Below, in pieces: positions 37,843 to 45,208 of a DNA stretch of 49,882 nucleotides. A program made the position numbers and the translations under genes. The stretch spans positions 1 through 49,882 of IMG/VR virus record IMGVR_UViG_3300005826_000013, one strand, 5' to 3'. Source of the DNA: a virus. Every line of letters starts with the position of its first letter. Positions within the stretch are counted from its first letter, which is position 1. The notes beneath the pieces are model-generated. The model did no database searches and had not been told where the DNA came from. It saw only the letters and a list, made by a program, of their open reading frames with translations.

Positions 37843-38033
37843 GATGACTGCTCCAGCTTCGCACGAACGAAACAGTCTTTTGCTTCGAGCAGCTTGCGAA
37901 GTCCTGCTGTCTTCTCAGCCGACTCATCCAGTGACTCATCCATCTGCTGCGCGAGCTGAGCACAAGACTTCGAAGGCTCTTGAAGGCGCTCCGGCAGATG
38001 CTCATACTTGAAGAACTGCATCAATCGGTTCAT
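37839..38033 (-). CDS. Hypothetical protein (64 aa)
   Basis: ATG MNRLMQFFKYEH. TGATG coupling to the 38-aa ORF upstream. The track's longer form starts at 38102. Confidence 0.45.
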   Translation of the reverse strand: MNRLMQFFKYEHLPERLQEPSKSCAQLAQQMDESLDESAEKTAGLRKLLEAKDCFVRAKLEQSS

Positions 38034-38149
38034 CACTTCGCTCCCGGTGTCTTTGGCGGAGCTCCGTTGCTCTTCGGCTTCGCGCCCTTCGGCGGCTTCC
38101 ACTTCGTCGGCAAGCCACCTCGCGGAATCTTCTTAGTACCTCGTTGCAT
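38033..38149 (-). CDS. Basic K/P-rich microprotein (38 aa)
   Basis: Hand-translated: MQRGTKKIPRGGLPTKWKPPKGAKPKSNGAPPKTPGAK. GAGGAGGA lies 7 nt upstream. Overlaps the terL end by 17 nt. Confidence 0.35.
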   Translation of the reverse strand: MQRGTKKIPRGGLPTKWKPPKGAKPKSNGAPPKTPGAK

Positions 38150-39866
38150 AGTGTCTTCCTCCTCGGACACGAGCCGCCTGAACCTTGTTCCAGTTCGCTC
38201 CCGCATACGTTGGATCGCCCGGCATCTTCCAGATGTAGTCCAAATAAGACCAGGCGTCAAGCAAGTCGACAGGGCGGGCACGCGGGAACTTAGCATACTG
38301 AGCCAAGAAATCCGACATACCGGCTTGAAAATGCCACTGGCCTTGGCCTAGAAAAAGCTGCTGAGCTTTGATACGCCGCTTCTTCGCGTTGTCGGAGTTG
38401 TCAGGCTTGAGGTCGGTGATAAGGAGATCGGTCGGGATTTTCCGCTTCAAGTCGTCGCTCAAGAGCTTCCGCATCGATCGCATGTGCTCGAAGAAAAACT
38501 TATACAGTTTCTGCGAGGCGACAGACTCAATCCCGACTTCCTTGAGAAACGGCGCGAACTCCGCCACTGTCACAACGATCTCATCCCACAGCTCGTCCGG
38601 CTCAACACGATCAGCCCACGCCTTCAACAGGAAGCGACAGCCGTCGGGTGCTAACGCCCCGACAGTGATCGCGCTCTGCGCGGCGTCGTCGTTGTCGGAC
38701 CACGCTGGGTCGACTGTCGCCGCGACATGACACTCGAACAACGAGTGCCGGTGCTTCGAGTGGGCTTTGCACTCGCAGTGCAGATCTCCATCGATCGTCC
38801 GAGTGAAATAGTTGATGTATGAGGGCGAAAACCCCGACTGCGACGGATCAAACGGCGCACAAAGGTAGTTACACGAGAACAGAAACGGTCCATACTTCCG
38901 CTCAATGCGTTCGAGCTCCGTGCGAGGATACCGCTCTGGAAAAATCGGCTCAGACGGCACCTCAGCCTTGAAAAGCATCGACGAAGAACCCTCGTAGAGT
39001 GGAGCCTCATAGAGCTGCGTCCACGGGTCGATCTCCAAGGGCATGAATTCGGGCGATGCGATCTCGGGCGAGCAATAGAAGTCTCCGTAACACCCAATCT
39101 TCCATAACAACATCTCACCGGTCGAGACTTCGTTCTCAAGCGCGTACTCGACGACGTCACCGAAGCCCCAAGGCGTCGCAACGAGGTCGATCGTCGAGCT
39201 CGCGTAGTCTTGAAGCGTCGATTCGAGGAGTTTGTAGAGTCCGACGGCCCGATCGACGAGTCTTGGTGAGTCAACGGTCATCTCGTTGACCGGATCATCC
39301 AAGATCACATGGCGAACGTGCTTCGAGGCTTGACCAGAGATAATCGAAGTCGCTTGAATGCTCGGTTGAGGCTCTGGCATAAGACTTTCGTCTCGTCGAA
39401 CCGTGAATCGAGTCTTCGATTTTTCGACGTGATGCCAGTTGACCGGCAAGAGTTCGGGAAAGAGCCACTGAAACTTCTCATTTCCACGAAAAACCCTCTG
39501 AATCGCACCCAACCACGCGACCGAGTTCTCCTCAACCGCCGAAATCACGTTGATCGTCGCGCACGGGTCGTTGATCAGCAGCCAGATCGGCTTGCCGACG
39601 CTCGAATTCGTCGACTTGAAGTGGTTGCGAGGCATGATTCCGCCCTTGAGGCGGGCGCTCGGGAGACCAGAAGCCTCAGCGGAGAGCTGGAGGAAGTTGC
39701 AGAACGGAAGGTGAAGGCGAGGAGTCAAGTCTTTGAAGCCAAGAATGCCTTTGTTGAGGACGTAGAGCGACCGTTTACACATGTCGCGCAGCGTCGCCCA
39801 GAGAAACTCCTGCTCGTCATCGCTCAGACGCGACCACTCAGTGCTTTCTGGCGCTCTCGTCTGCAT
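38133..39866 (-). CDS. terL: Terminase large subunit (577 aa)
   Basis: ATPase half with VRHVILDDPVNE (Walker B). Nuclease half with AATVDPAWSDNDDAAQSAITVGA. Size and position fit. Confidence 0.85.
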   Translation of the reverse strand: MQTRAPESTEWSRLSDDEQEFLWATLRDMCKRSLYVLNKGILGFKDLTPRLHLPFCNFLQLSAEASGLPSARLKGGIMPRNHFKSTNSSVGKPIWLLINDPCATINVISAVEENSVAWLGAIQRVFRGNEKFQWLFPELLPVNWHHVEKSKTRFTVRRDESLMPEPQPSIQATSIISGQASKHVRHVILDDPVNEMTVDSPRLVDRAVGLYKLLESTLQDYASSTIDLVATPWGFGDVVEYALENEVSTGEMLLWKIGCYGDFYCSPEIASPEFMPLEIDPWTQLYEAPLYEGSSSMLFKAEVPSEPIFPERYPRTELERIERKYGPFLFSCNYLCAPFDPSQSGFSPSYINYFTRTIDGDLHCECKAHSKHRHSLFECHVAATVDPAWSDNDDAAQSAITVGALAPDGCRFLLKAWADRVEPDELWDEIVVTVAEFAPFLKEVGIESVASQKLYKFFFEHMRSMRKLLSDDLKRKIPTDLLITDLKPDNSDNAKKRRIKAQQLFLGQGQWHFQAGMSDFLAQYAKFPRARPVDLLDAWSYLDYIWKMPGDPTYAGANWNKVQAARVRGGRHYATRY

Positions 39867-40329
39867 CTATGAGTTTCCGAAGGAGCCCGTTGAACTCGTT
39901 ACACGCGTCGATCAGCGGGTTGATGTGCGTCGAAGGCAGCGAGATGTGAAGCTCCGGTGGCTTCTCGGACTGAGACTGCCGAAGCTTGATTCCGAGCTCC
40001 AGCAACTGCTTCGAGGCGACTGCCGACGCCTTACCACTCAACACGTCGTCGACAAGCTTCCGTGCAGCTTTCGTCGCGCCCTGCTCGATGATCTTCAGCG
40101 GGTCGCCTTCGAGCGCATCGACTTCGGCAGCGAGAGCTTTCAGCTCTTCGGCTCGCTCGGGATTCCACTGCTCTACCAGCAGGATCGTGTCGGGCTCCAG
40201 CGCTAGCTCTTCGGCTTCGAGCGCTGAGATCGCGAGGTGCTTCGCCGCGTCTAGCGGCTCGTCACCGTCGGCTAGTCTGCGGGCTAGCGCTTCGCGGGTT
40301 GCGCTCGACCGGACTTCGTCTAGAGACAT
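39838..40329 (-). CDS. terS: Terminase small subunit candidate (163 aa)
   Basis: First gene of the late arm. Overlaps the terL start by 29 nt. Helical and acidic. Positional call. Confidence 0.45.
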   Translation of the reverse strand: MSLDEVRSSATREALARRLADGDEPLDAAKHLAISALEAEELALEPDTILLVEQWNPERAEELKALAAEVDALEGDPLKIIEQGATKAARKLVDDVLSGKASAVASKQLLELGIKLRQSQSEKPPELHISLPSTHINPLIDACNEFNGLLRKLIDADESARKH

Positions 40330-40369
40330 TCTTAGACACGACGCTACTACAACATATTGTAGTAGTCAA
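40330..40369 (-). promoter_or_regulatory. Conserved promoter/operator element, copy A (upstream of terS)
   Basis: Minus strand reads TTGACtactacaatatgttgtagTAGCGTcgtgtctaagaATG. Contains the 9+9 bp palindrome CTACTACAA-cata-TTGTAGTAG (40344..40365). Confidence 0.55.
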
Positions 40370-40413
40370 GCAGGAAAGCAGTGAGGTAGAATTCTTCTCG
40401 GAGGAACGAGCCG

Positions 40414-40587
40414 ATGAACAACTCTATGAAGTGTCGGTTTTGTGGCCGGACTGCGCCCGCTCGGGAGACCCGCGAGCTGCGAAGCGGTGTCACGAAGATC
40501 ACGCAGACTCGGCCCGAGGGCTGGAAGTCAATCGAGCTGGAGCTCTGGTGTGGAAGCTGCGACCCGAGAGAGCGGAAGGTGGGCTGA
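40414..40587 (+). CDS. Small zinc-ribbon protein (57 aa)
   Basis: Hand-translated: MNNSMKCRFCGR...ELWCGSCDPRERKVG (CxxC...CxxC). GAGGAA RBS. Confidence 0.45.
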   Translation: MNNSMKCRFCGRTAPARETRELRSGVTKITQTRPEGWKSIELELWCGSCDPRERKVG

Positions 40588-40856
40588 TGGTGGGTTGGGG
40601 AGCTCCCGAAGGCATGGCTCTGCTGCTAGTTCCGCTCCGCAAGCTATTTCTCCAGATTCCCGCAAATGAGCGCTGTCTCTTAGAGATCAACTACGATCTT
40701 GATCTGCTGCGATGCTTGACGTGCGGTCGAGTCTACGCGACGAGGCAAGAGTTTGAAGACGACCAGCTCGGTCTTGTCGCCTCGCGCGTCGCTCGGTGTG
40801 GGTGGTTTGATACTTTTGGTAGGTGGAGCTTGGGTGAAAGTGCTCAGATTTTGTAG
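40587..40856 (+). CDS. Hypothetical protein (89 aa)
   Basis: ATG in a TGATG overlap with the previous ORF (frame of ORF 40299..40856). Contains CLTCG. Confidence 0.4.
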   Translation: MVGWGAPEGMALLLVPLRKLFLQIPANERCLLEINYDLDLLRCLTCGRVYATRQEFEDDQLGLVASRVARCGWFDTFGRWSLGESAQIL

Positions 40857-40921
40857 AAATTTTCGAGAGGTCACCCTTCGGGTCCCGTCGACGGGGGTGC
40901 CCCGCGGCGGGCTGGTACGGG

Positions 40922-41013
40922 CTGTGGAAAACCTGTTGAAAACCTGTGGAAAACTCAGCCGCTCTGGCCGAGCGAGTTATCCACAAGCTGTTGAAAACCT
41001 GTGGATAACTCAG
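40922..41013. promoter_or_regulatory. DnaA-box array with 11-bp phasing (candidate origin element)
   Basis: Perfect TTATCCACA (40977..40985) and TGTGGATAA (41000..41008). TGTGGAAAA at 40923 and 40945. TGTTGAAAA at 40934 and 40989. 26-nt repeat 40933..40958 / 40988..41013 (25/26). Confidence 0.6.
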
Positions 41014-41022
41014 GCTCAGCGT

Positions 41023-41358
41023 TTACACGCGCCGAGGCTCCACGAGCTCGCGCGCGATCCCGGCGTCGTCATACGCCCGCATCGGCGGGTCGAGCTCTGG
41101 CGTCGACCAGACGAACGCCGCGAGCGCTTCGCCGAGCGCGGCTCGCGCGGCAACGGTCGTCCGCTCGGAGTACCGTCGTGCAGGAGCGAGCGCCAGCTCG
41201 CGCAGCGCGACGCCGCAGCCGTAGCCGCCAGGCGACGACTGTGTAAACACAGTTCCCTCCGCGTCCTGGCCGCGCAGCACGCGCTTTAGCGCGACGAGCG
41301 AGCGGCCCGAGTTCTCATCGACCGCGAAGCGAATTAAGCGAGCCATGTTTTTCAGCAT
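41023..41358 (-). CDS. Orphan GC-rich gene (111 aa), unknown function
   Basis: ATG MLKNMARLIRF after GGAGAAAAG. Hand counts give about 65-77% GC per 60-nt line, against about 53-57% elsewhere. Confidence 0.5.
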   Translation of the reverse strand: MLKNMARLIRFAVDENSGRSLVALKRVLRGQDAEGTVFTQSSPGGYGCGVALRELALAPARRYSERTTVAARAALGEALAAFVWSTPELDPPMRAYDDAGIARELVEPRRV

Positions 41359-41493
41359 TTTGCTTTTCTCCTCGATGTAATTTAATTGCAAGCAGCGTGC
41401 CACATGGCGGGTGCTGGCGGTATAAACACCTCTTCTTGACCCGACATGCTGTGAAATGGCGGTCGAGGTCAAAAATAACTCTTTTCGCCTCAA

Positions 41494-41914
41494 CGAGTTA
41501 AGTCAACATTCCGCCATCTTATGTGTATCCCCGAAAAAAACTCGTAAAACGCCCCTGTCACCAAAATAGGACAGTATGTAAAAATTACACTCTCGCTCAA
41601 ATTTAAACGCCTCGACGAAAAAGTGGCACCAAAAAATGTAACTCTGACAAAATCTGTAATACTAATGGTATATTCCTATAAATATATGTATCTATATGAT
41701 AATAAACGACTTATTTTATCGTTAAAACATTTTACCGCCGTCCGACCGGGAGCTTCCAGCGACTTTTTCCACAACCTCACAAAACATGGCGGAATCTTCC
41801 ACCAACCCACTGATTCCAAACGACTTATTTTCAACCCCACCCGCCATCTACCACCATCCCCCACCAACTACGGCATAACTATTGCAATACTCCGCCATGG
41901 AGGTACAAACACAA
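41494..41914. promoter_or_regulatory. AT-rich control region with iteron-like CCGCCAT repeats (early promoters and/or origin unwinding region)
   Basis: 41641..41700 is 14/60 GC. CCGCCAT at 41511, 41841, 41892 (+) and 41404, 41456, 41786 (-). AAACGACTTATTTT at 41704 and 41818. Confidence 0.55.
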
Positions 41915-43084
41915 ATGCCCAAACCTAAGACCGCCAAGTACAACGTCGCATGCTCGCTATGCGGCGACACCATCACCAAAGACGCGACCTTCGTCTGGTG
42001 GAACTTCACCAGCGAAAAAGCCGCAGGCCGAAGCGGAATGGTTCACCCCCAGTGCTACAGCTCGAAAGAAGGAACCAAGCCGGCGAAGCCCGCGAAGCCC
42101 GCACCCACCACGCCACTATTCGACAAAGCCCTTGAAGACCGCATCACCAACTTGGAAACCGCCATCGAAACTCTCGACTCGACGATCAAAGACAAACTCG
42201 ACGCGAGCGACACACTCGCCGACCTCGCAACCGACCTTGAAGAACTCCGCGCCAAAGTCGCCGAAGCTAGCGCCCACAACTCTCTCACCATCGAGATCAA
42301 AAACCCCAAAGCGGCTACGCCGCTAACGATCGAAACTGCCCACAACAAGCTCCCCGAGCTCCTCACGACGCTAACAACCCTCCATCAAGCGTACGTCTTC
42401 GGACCTGCTGGCGCAGGCAAAACTACAATGGCTCGCCAGGCCGCCGAAGCGCTCGGAGTCGACTTCTATTATGTCCAGCTCGGAGGAGTCCCGCCTTGGG
42501 TGCTCACAGGATTTCCGACCGCCAACGGGACCGTTCTGGAGACCGACTTCCGCCGCGCCTACGTCAACGGCGGACTCGTCTTGCTCGACGAGTTGGACAA
42601 CACCCAGGCCGCCACCGCAGTCACGTTGAACGGCGCTCTGGAGAACGGTCGCATCGCCTTTCCCGACGGCCAGCGCGACCGTCACGCAGATTGTTACGTC
42701 GTCGGCGCGGGTAACACCGCTATGACCGGAGCCGACGAGACCTACAGCGCCCGCACAGCGCAAGACGGCGCGTTCCGCGAGCGCTTCGCCTTCATTGAGA
42801 TCCTCCATGACGCCGCGCTCGAAGAGAAACTCACGTACTCCCAAGGCGCGGACCCGACGCTAGCTCACGCGTGGCTCGATCGCGTCCGCGAGATCCGAGC
42901 CGACCTCGCTACAGCAGCCCCCCACATCCTAGTCACCCCGCGAGCCTCGATCCGAGGCGCTCAAATCCTCGCCGACCACCCCGAGACCAAATTTAGCTGG
43001 CTCGTCGAAGCCCTCATCCTCAAAGGCGCAGCCCCACAAGGTAGCGACATCCGAGGTCGCCTAGAAGGCAACGGTCTGCTATGA
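41915..43084 (+). CDS. AAA+ ATPase of the MoxR/CobS (AAA_5) type with an N-terminal zinc ribbon and coiled coil
   Basis: GGAGGT RBS before ATG 41915. CSLCGD...HPQCY. Walker A FGPAGAGKTT. Walker B LVLLDELD. Sensor region VVGAGNT...FRERF. Confidence 0.8.
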   Translation: MPKPKTAKYNVACSLCGDTITKDATFVWWNFTSEKAAGRSGMVHPQCYSSKEGTKPAKPAKPAPTTPLFDKALEDRITNLETAIETLDSTIKDKLDASDTLADLATDLEELRAKVAEASAHNSLTIEIKNPKAATPLTIETAHNKLPELLTTLTTLHQAYVFGPAGAGKTTMARQAAEALGVDFYYVQLGGVPPWVLTGFPTANGTVLETDFRRAYVNGGLVLLDELDNTQAATAVTLNGALENGRIAFPDGQRDRHADCYVVGAGNTAMTGADETYSARTAQDGAFRERFAFIEILHDAALEEKLTYSQGADPTLAHAWLDRVREIRADLATAAPHILVTPRASIRGAQILADHPETKFSWLVEALILKGAAPQGSDIRGRLEGNGLL

Positions 43085-44064
43085 CCGACTTCCTCAGCCC
43101 CCTAGACCCCGAGCACCGGCCACTAGCCCGCCGTGACGACTCCAATCCTCGCACCCACCATCCGATCCTAGGGTTTCCCTACCTCACGAAGCCCAACGTT
43201 TACACCTGGCGACAAGACTACCGATCAGCCCACGACATGATGCGCGCTTTCAGCGACTTCGACAACTCCGAGACGTACCACAACGACTACACCCCTGGAG
43301 AGATCTCCGGTTTCCTTTATGCACGCGATCTCATGCTCAAAGGCTGGCCCGAAGGAGCCTCGCGCTTGCTAAGACAGCATAAGCTACTTCTAAGCTACAC
43401 GACGCAGCTTGTCGAAGCCCCCAAGGCCGTCACCGACGTATACGGCGACTTTTACGACATCGGATCGTTCATGGCTGGCCAGCCTGACCACTGGCTCCGC
43501 TTCGAGCGCGAGACCAAACGCGGCTTCTCAAAGAAAGGTCCGATCCGCCTTGTCATTCAGCACGCGGTCAGCACAGGAGCCTCCACCGATCGTCTCATCC
43601 AACGAGGCGCACTAGCATTAACCCTCGCGACGCTCTTCGAGCGTGCCGGTCGACCTACTGAAATCGTTAGCGCCGACGCTGGCCGCTGGCACTTCGAAGG
43701 CAACCAACAAAACCTCTATTGGACGGTCTTAGTGAAACCCATGAGTCGCCCCCTCAACGTCTCTTCAATGGCCTTCGCCATCGCCCACGAGTGCATGGAA
43801 CGGACGTTCTACCTCAGCACAGGCCGCAGCCTCGCCGCCACTATCTCAGAATCTTTTGGAGAACGTGCGAAAGATGGCACCCTCATAACTTTCACAAACG
43901 GTTGTGGAATGCCACTCAACGCCCCCGTAGGTTCGCCAACCGACACGATCACCCTTGACTATCTCCCCGACCACGTAAGCTTAGGAAAGCCCGAAGCAAC
44001 CACCAACTATCTGATTCGAAGCCTCGAAGCCCAGGGCGTAGAAATCTCTCGGAGGAAACAATGA
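43081..44064 (+). CDS. Partner protein of the AAA+ ATPase (327 aa), possibly a degenerate vWA/CobT-like fold
   Basis: ATGA-coupled to the ATPase. IRLVIQHAVSTGAS sits where a vWA MIDAS DxSxS would be, with Asp replaced by His. Weak inference. Confidence 0.5.
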   Translation: MTDFLSPLDPEHRPLARRDDSNPRTHHPILGFPYLTKPNVYTWRQDYRSAHDMMRAFSDFDNSETYHNDYTPGEISGFLYARDLMLKGWPEGASRLLRQHKLLLSYTTQLVEAPKAVTDVYGDFYDIGSFMAGQPDHWLRFERETKRGFSKKGPIRLVIQHAVSTGASTDRLIQRGALALTLATLFERAGRPTEIVSADAGRWHFEGNQQNLYWTVLVKPMSRPLNVSSMAFAIAHECMERTFYLSTGRSLAATISESFGERAKDGTLITFTNGCGMPLNAPVGSPTDTITLDYLPDHVSLGKPEATTNYLIRSLEAQGVEISRRKQ

Positions 44065-44957
44065 CCCGTAAATGTAAACATGGTAACACTCTAGAACCTT
44101 ACTCTGGCAATGGCTGGGGATGTATCTCGGAGCAACAAGCCCCGTCACTCGCTACCTGGTGGCCCGGACCTGACGGGCTGTGCGGGTGCGGATTTTGCGA
44201 CGAACACGCTCCAGCAGACCCAGCTACCGCGCAGCTCCCCGACAGCGACAGCGACAGCGACTACACCAATCAACAAACTTGGGCTTCCATGGCCTACGAC
44301 GTACTACGCGAAAGCCTACTCCCCGACGCGCCCGAGCGCGCGATCATCACCTACGGCTTTCCCAGTGTCGCTAACGCCGCCCGAGGTGAGACTTGGCTCA
44401 CCGAGGCAATGGGAGCCGAAGCGAGCGGCGCGTTGAAGAAAGACTCCAAAGCCGTAATCTTCATTCACCCCTCGCAATGGGACGATCCTTCAACCGTCCT
44501 CATGGTCCTCACCCACGAGATGATCCACGCGTGCGGAGCCATGAACCACGGCGCGCCCTACGCCGCCGTCGCCAAGGCTATCGGCCTAGGCGAATCGAAG
44601 CCGGGAATCTTTGACGTCGTCGAGCAGAGCCTAGCCGCTCAGTTCCTCGAAATTATCGACATGCTCCCGAGCTTCCCGAGCTCCGCCATGACGCCGCACG
44701 ATACGCCAATCCCGCACGGCGGAGGAGCACCCTCGCCGACGTTCGCCGAGCCTACAGACTTTTGTCATGGTGGAACCAAGATTGACCCCAACAACCCACC
44801 CTCACCCCCCAAACCACAGAAATGCCGCCAGCGCTTGCACGAATGCCGCTGCGGTCAGAAGATTCGAGCCGCCCGAGACGAAGCAAACGCAACGTGTGAC
44901 CTATGTCACACGGCTTACAAACTCAAACCCCGCAAGACCAAAGGAGCAACGACATGA
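44061..44957 (+). CDS. SprT-like zinc metalloprotease-domain protein with Cys clusters (298 aa)
   Basis: VLTHEMIHACG (HExxH). N-terminal CKHG..C..CGCGFC and C-terminal CRQRLHECRCG...CDLCH zinc-finger-like clusters. ATGA-coupled. Confidence 0.7.
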   Translation: MTRKCKHGNTLEPYSGNGWGCISEQQAPSLATWWPGPDGLCGCGFCDEHAPADPATAQLPDSDSDSDYTNQQTWASMAYDVLRESLLPDAPERAIITYGFPSVANAARGETWLTEAMGAEASGALKKDSKAVIFIHPSQWDDPSTVLMVLTHEMIHACGAMNHGAPYAAVAKAIGLGESKPGIFDVVEQSLAAQFLEIIDMLPSFPSSAMTPHDTPIPHGGGAPSPTFAEPTDFCHGGTKIDPNNPPSPPKPQKCRQRLHECRCGQKIRAARDEANATCDLCHTAYKLKPRKTKGATT

Positions 44958-45208
44958 GCAGCCCCTTCAGAGCCACCAATTTTATGACCCCGCACATCTT
45001 AGATCAGACGCAACACCCCAACGGCCTATGGACCGAGCTTTCAACAGACGACGGATCCTGGAGTCGAGCAGTCGACGGTCTCGGCCCTATCTACGGCGTT
45101 ACAGTCCTCAGGAGCAACGGATCCGATCCTGGACTATCGAAGAGCTTCCGCGACAAGACCGAGGCTCTCGCATACGTCCAAACTATCCGCCAAGGAGCGT
45201 ATCCATGA
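44954..45208 (+). CDS. Hypothetical protein (84 aa)
   Basis: ATG at 44954 sits in an ATGA overlap (frame of ORF 44903..45208). Confidence 0.5.
   Translation: MSSPFRATNFMTPHILDQTQHPNGLWTELSTDDGSWSRAVDGLGPIYGVTVLRSNGSDPGLSKSFRDKTEALAYVQTIRQGAYP

Noticed and set aside
40871-40900. Short hairpins after ORF 40587..40856 (ACCC-ttc-GGGT and the palindrome CCCGTCGACGGG), considered as a terminator.
   Set aside because: The stems are only 4 bp and there is no U-tract, which is too weak to call. They are mentioned only as context for the DnaA-box array.
41620-41640. Sigma-54-like TGGCAC at about 41625 in the hub.
   Set aside because: The -12 element is missing: TGGCACcaaaaAATGT instead of TGGCAC-N5-TTGC.
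41623-41928. 101-aa ORF spanning the AT-rich hub.
   Set aside because: It has a non-ATG start, no RBS and a low-complexity Y/K/L/I composition driven by AT-rich DNA. It also runs through the repeat elements, so the region is better read as regulatory.
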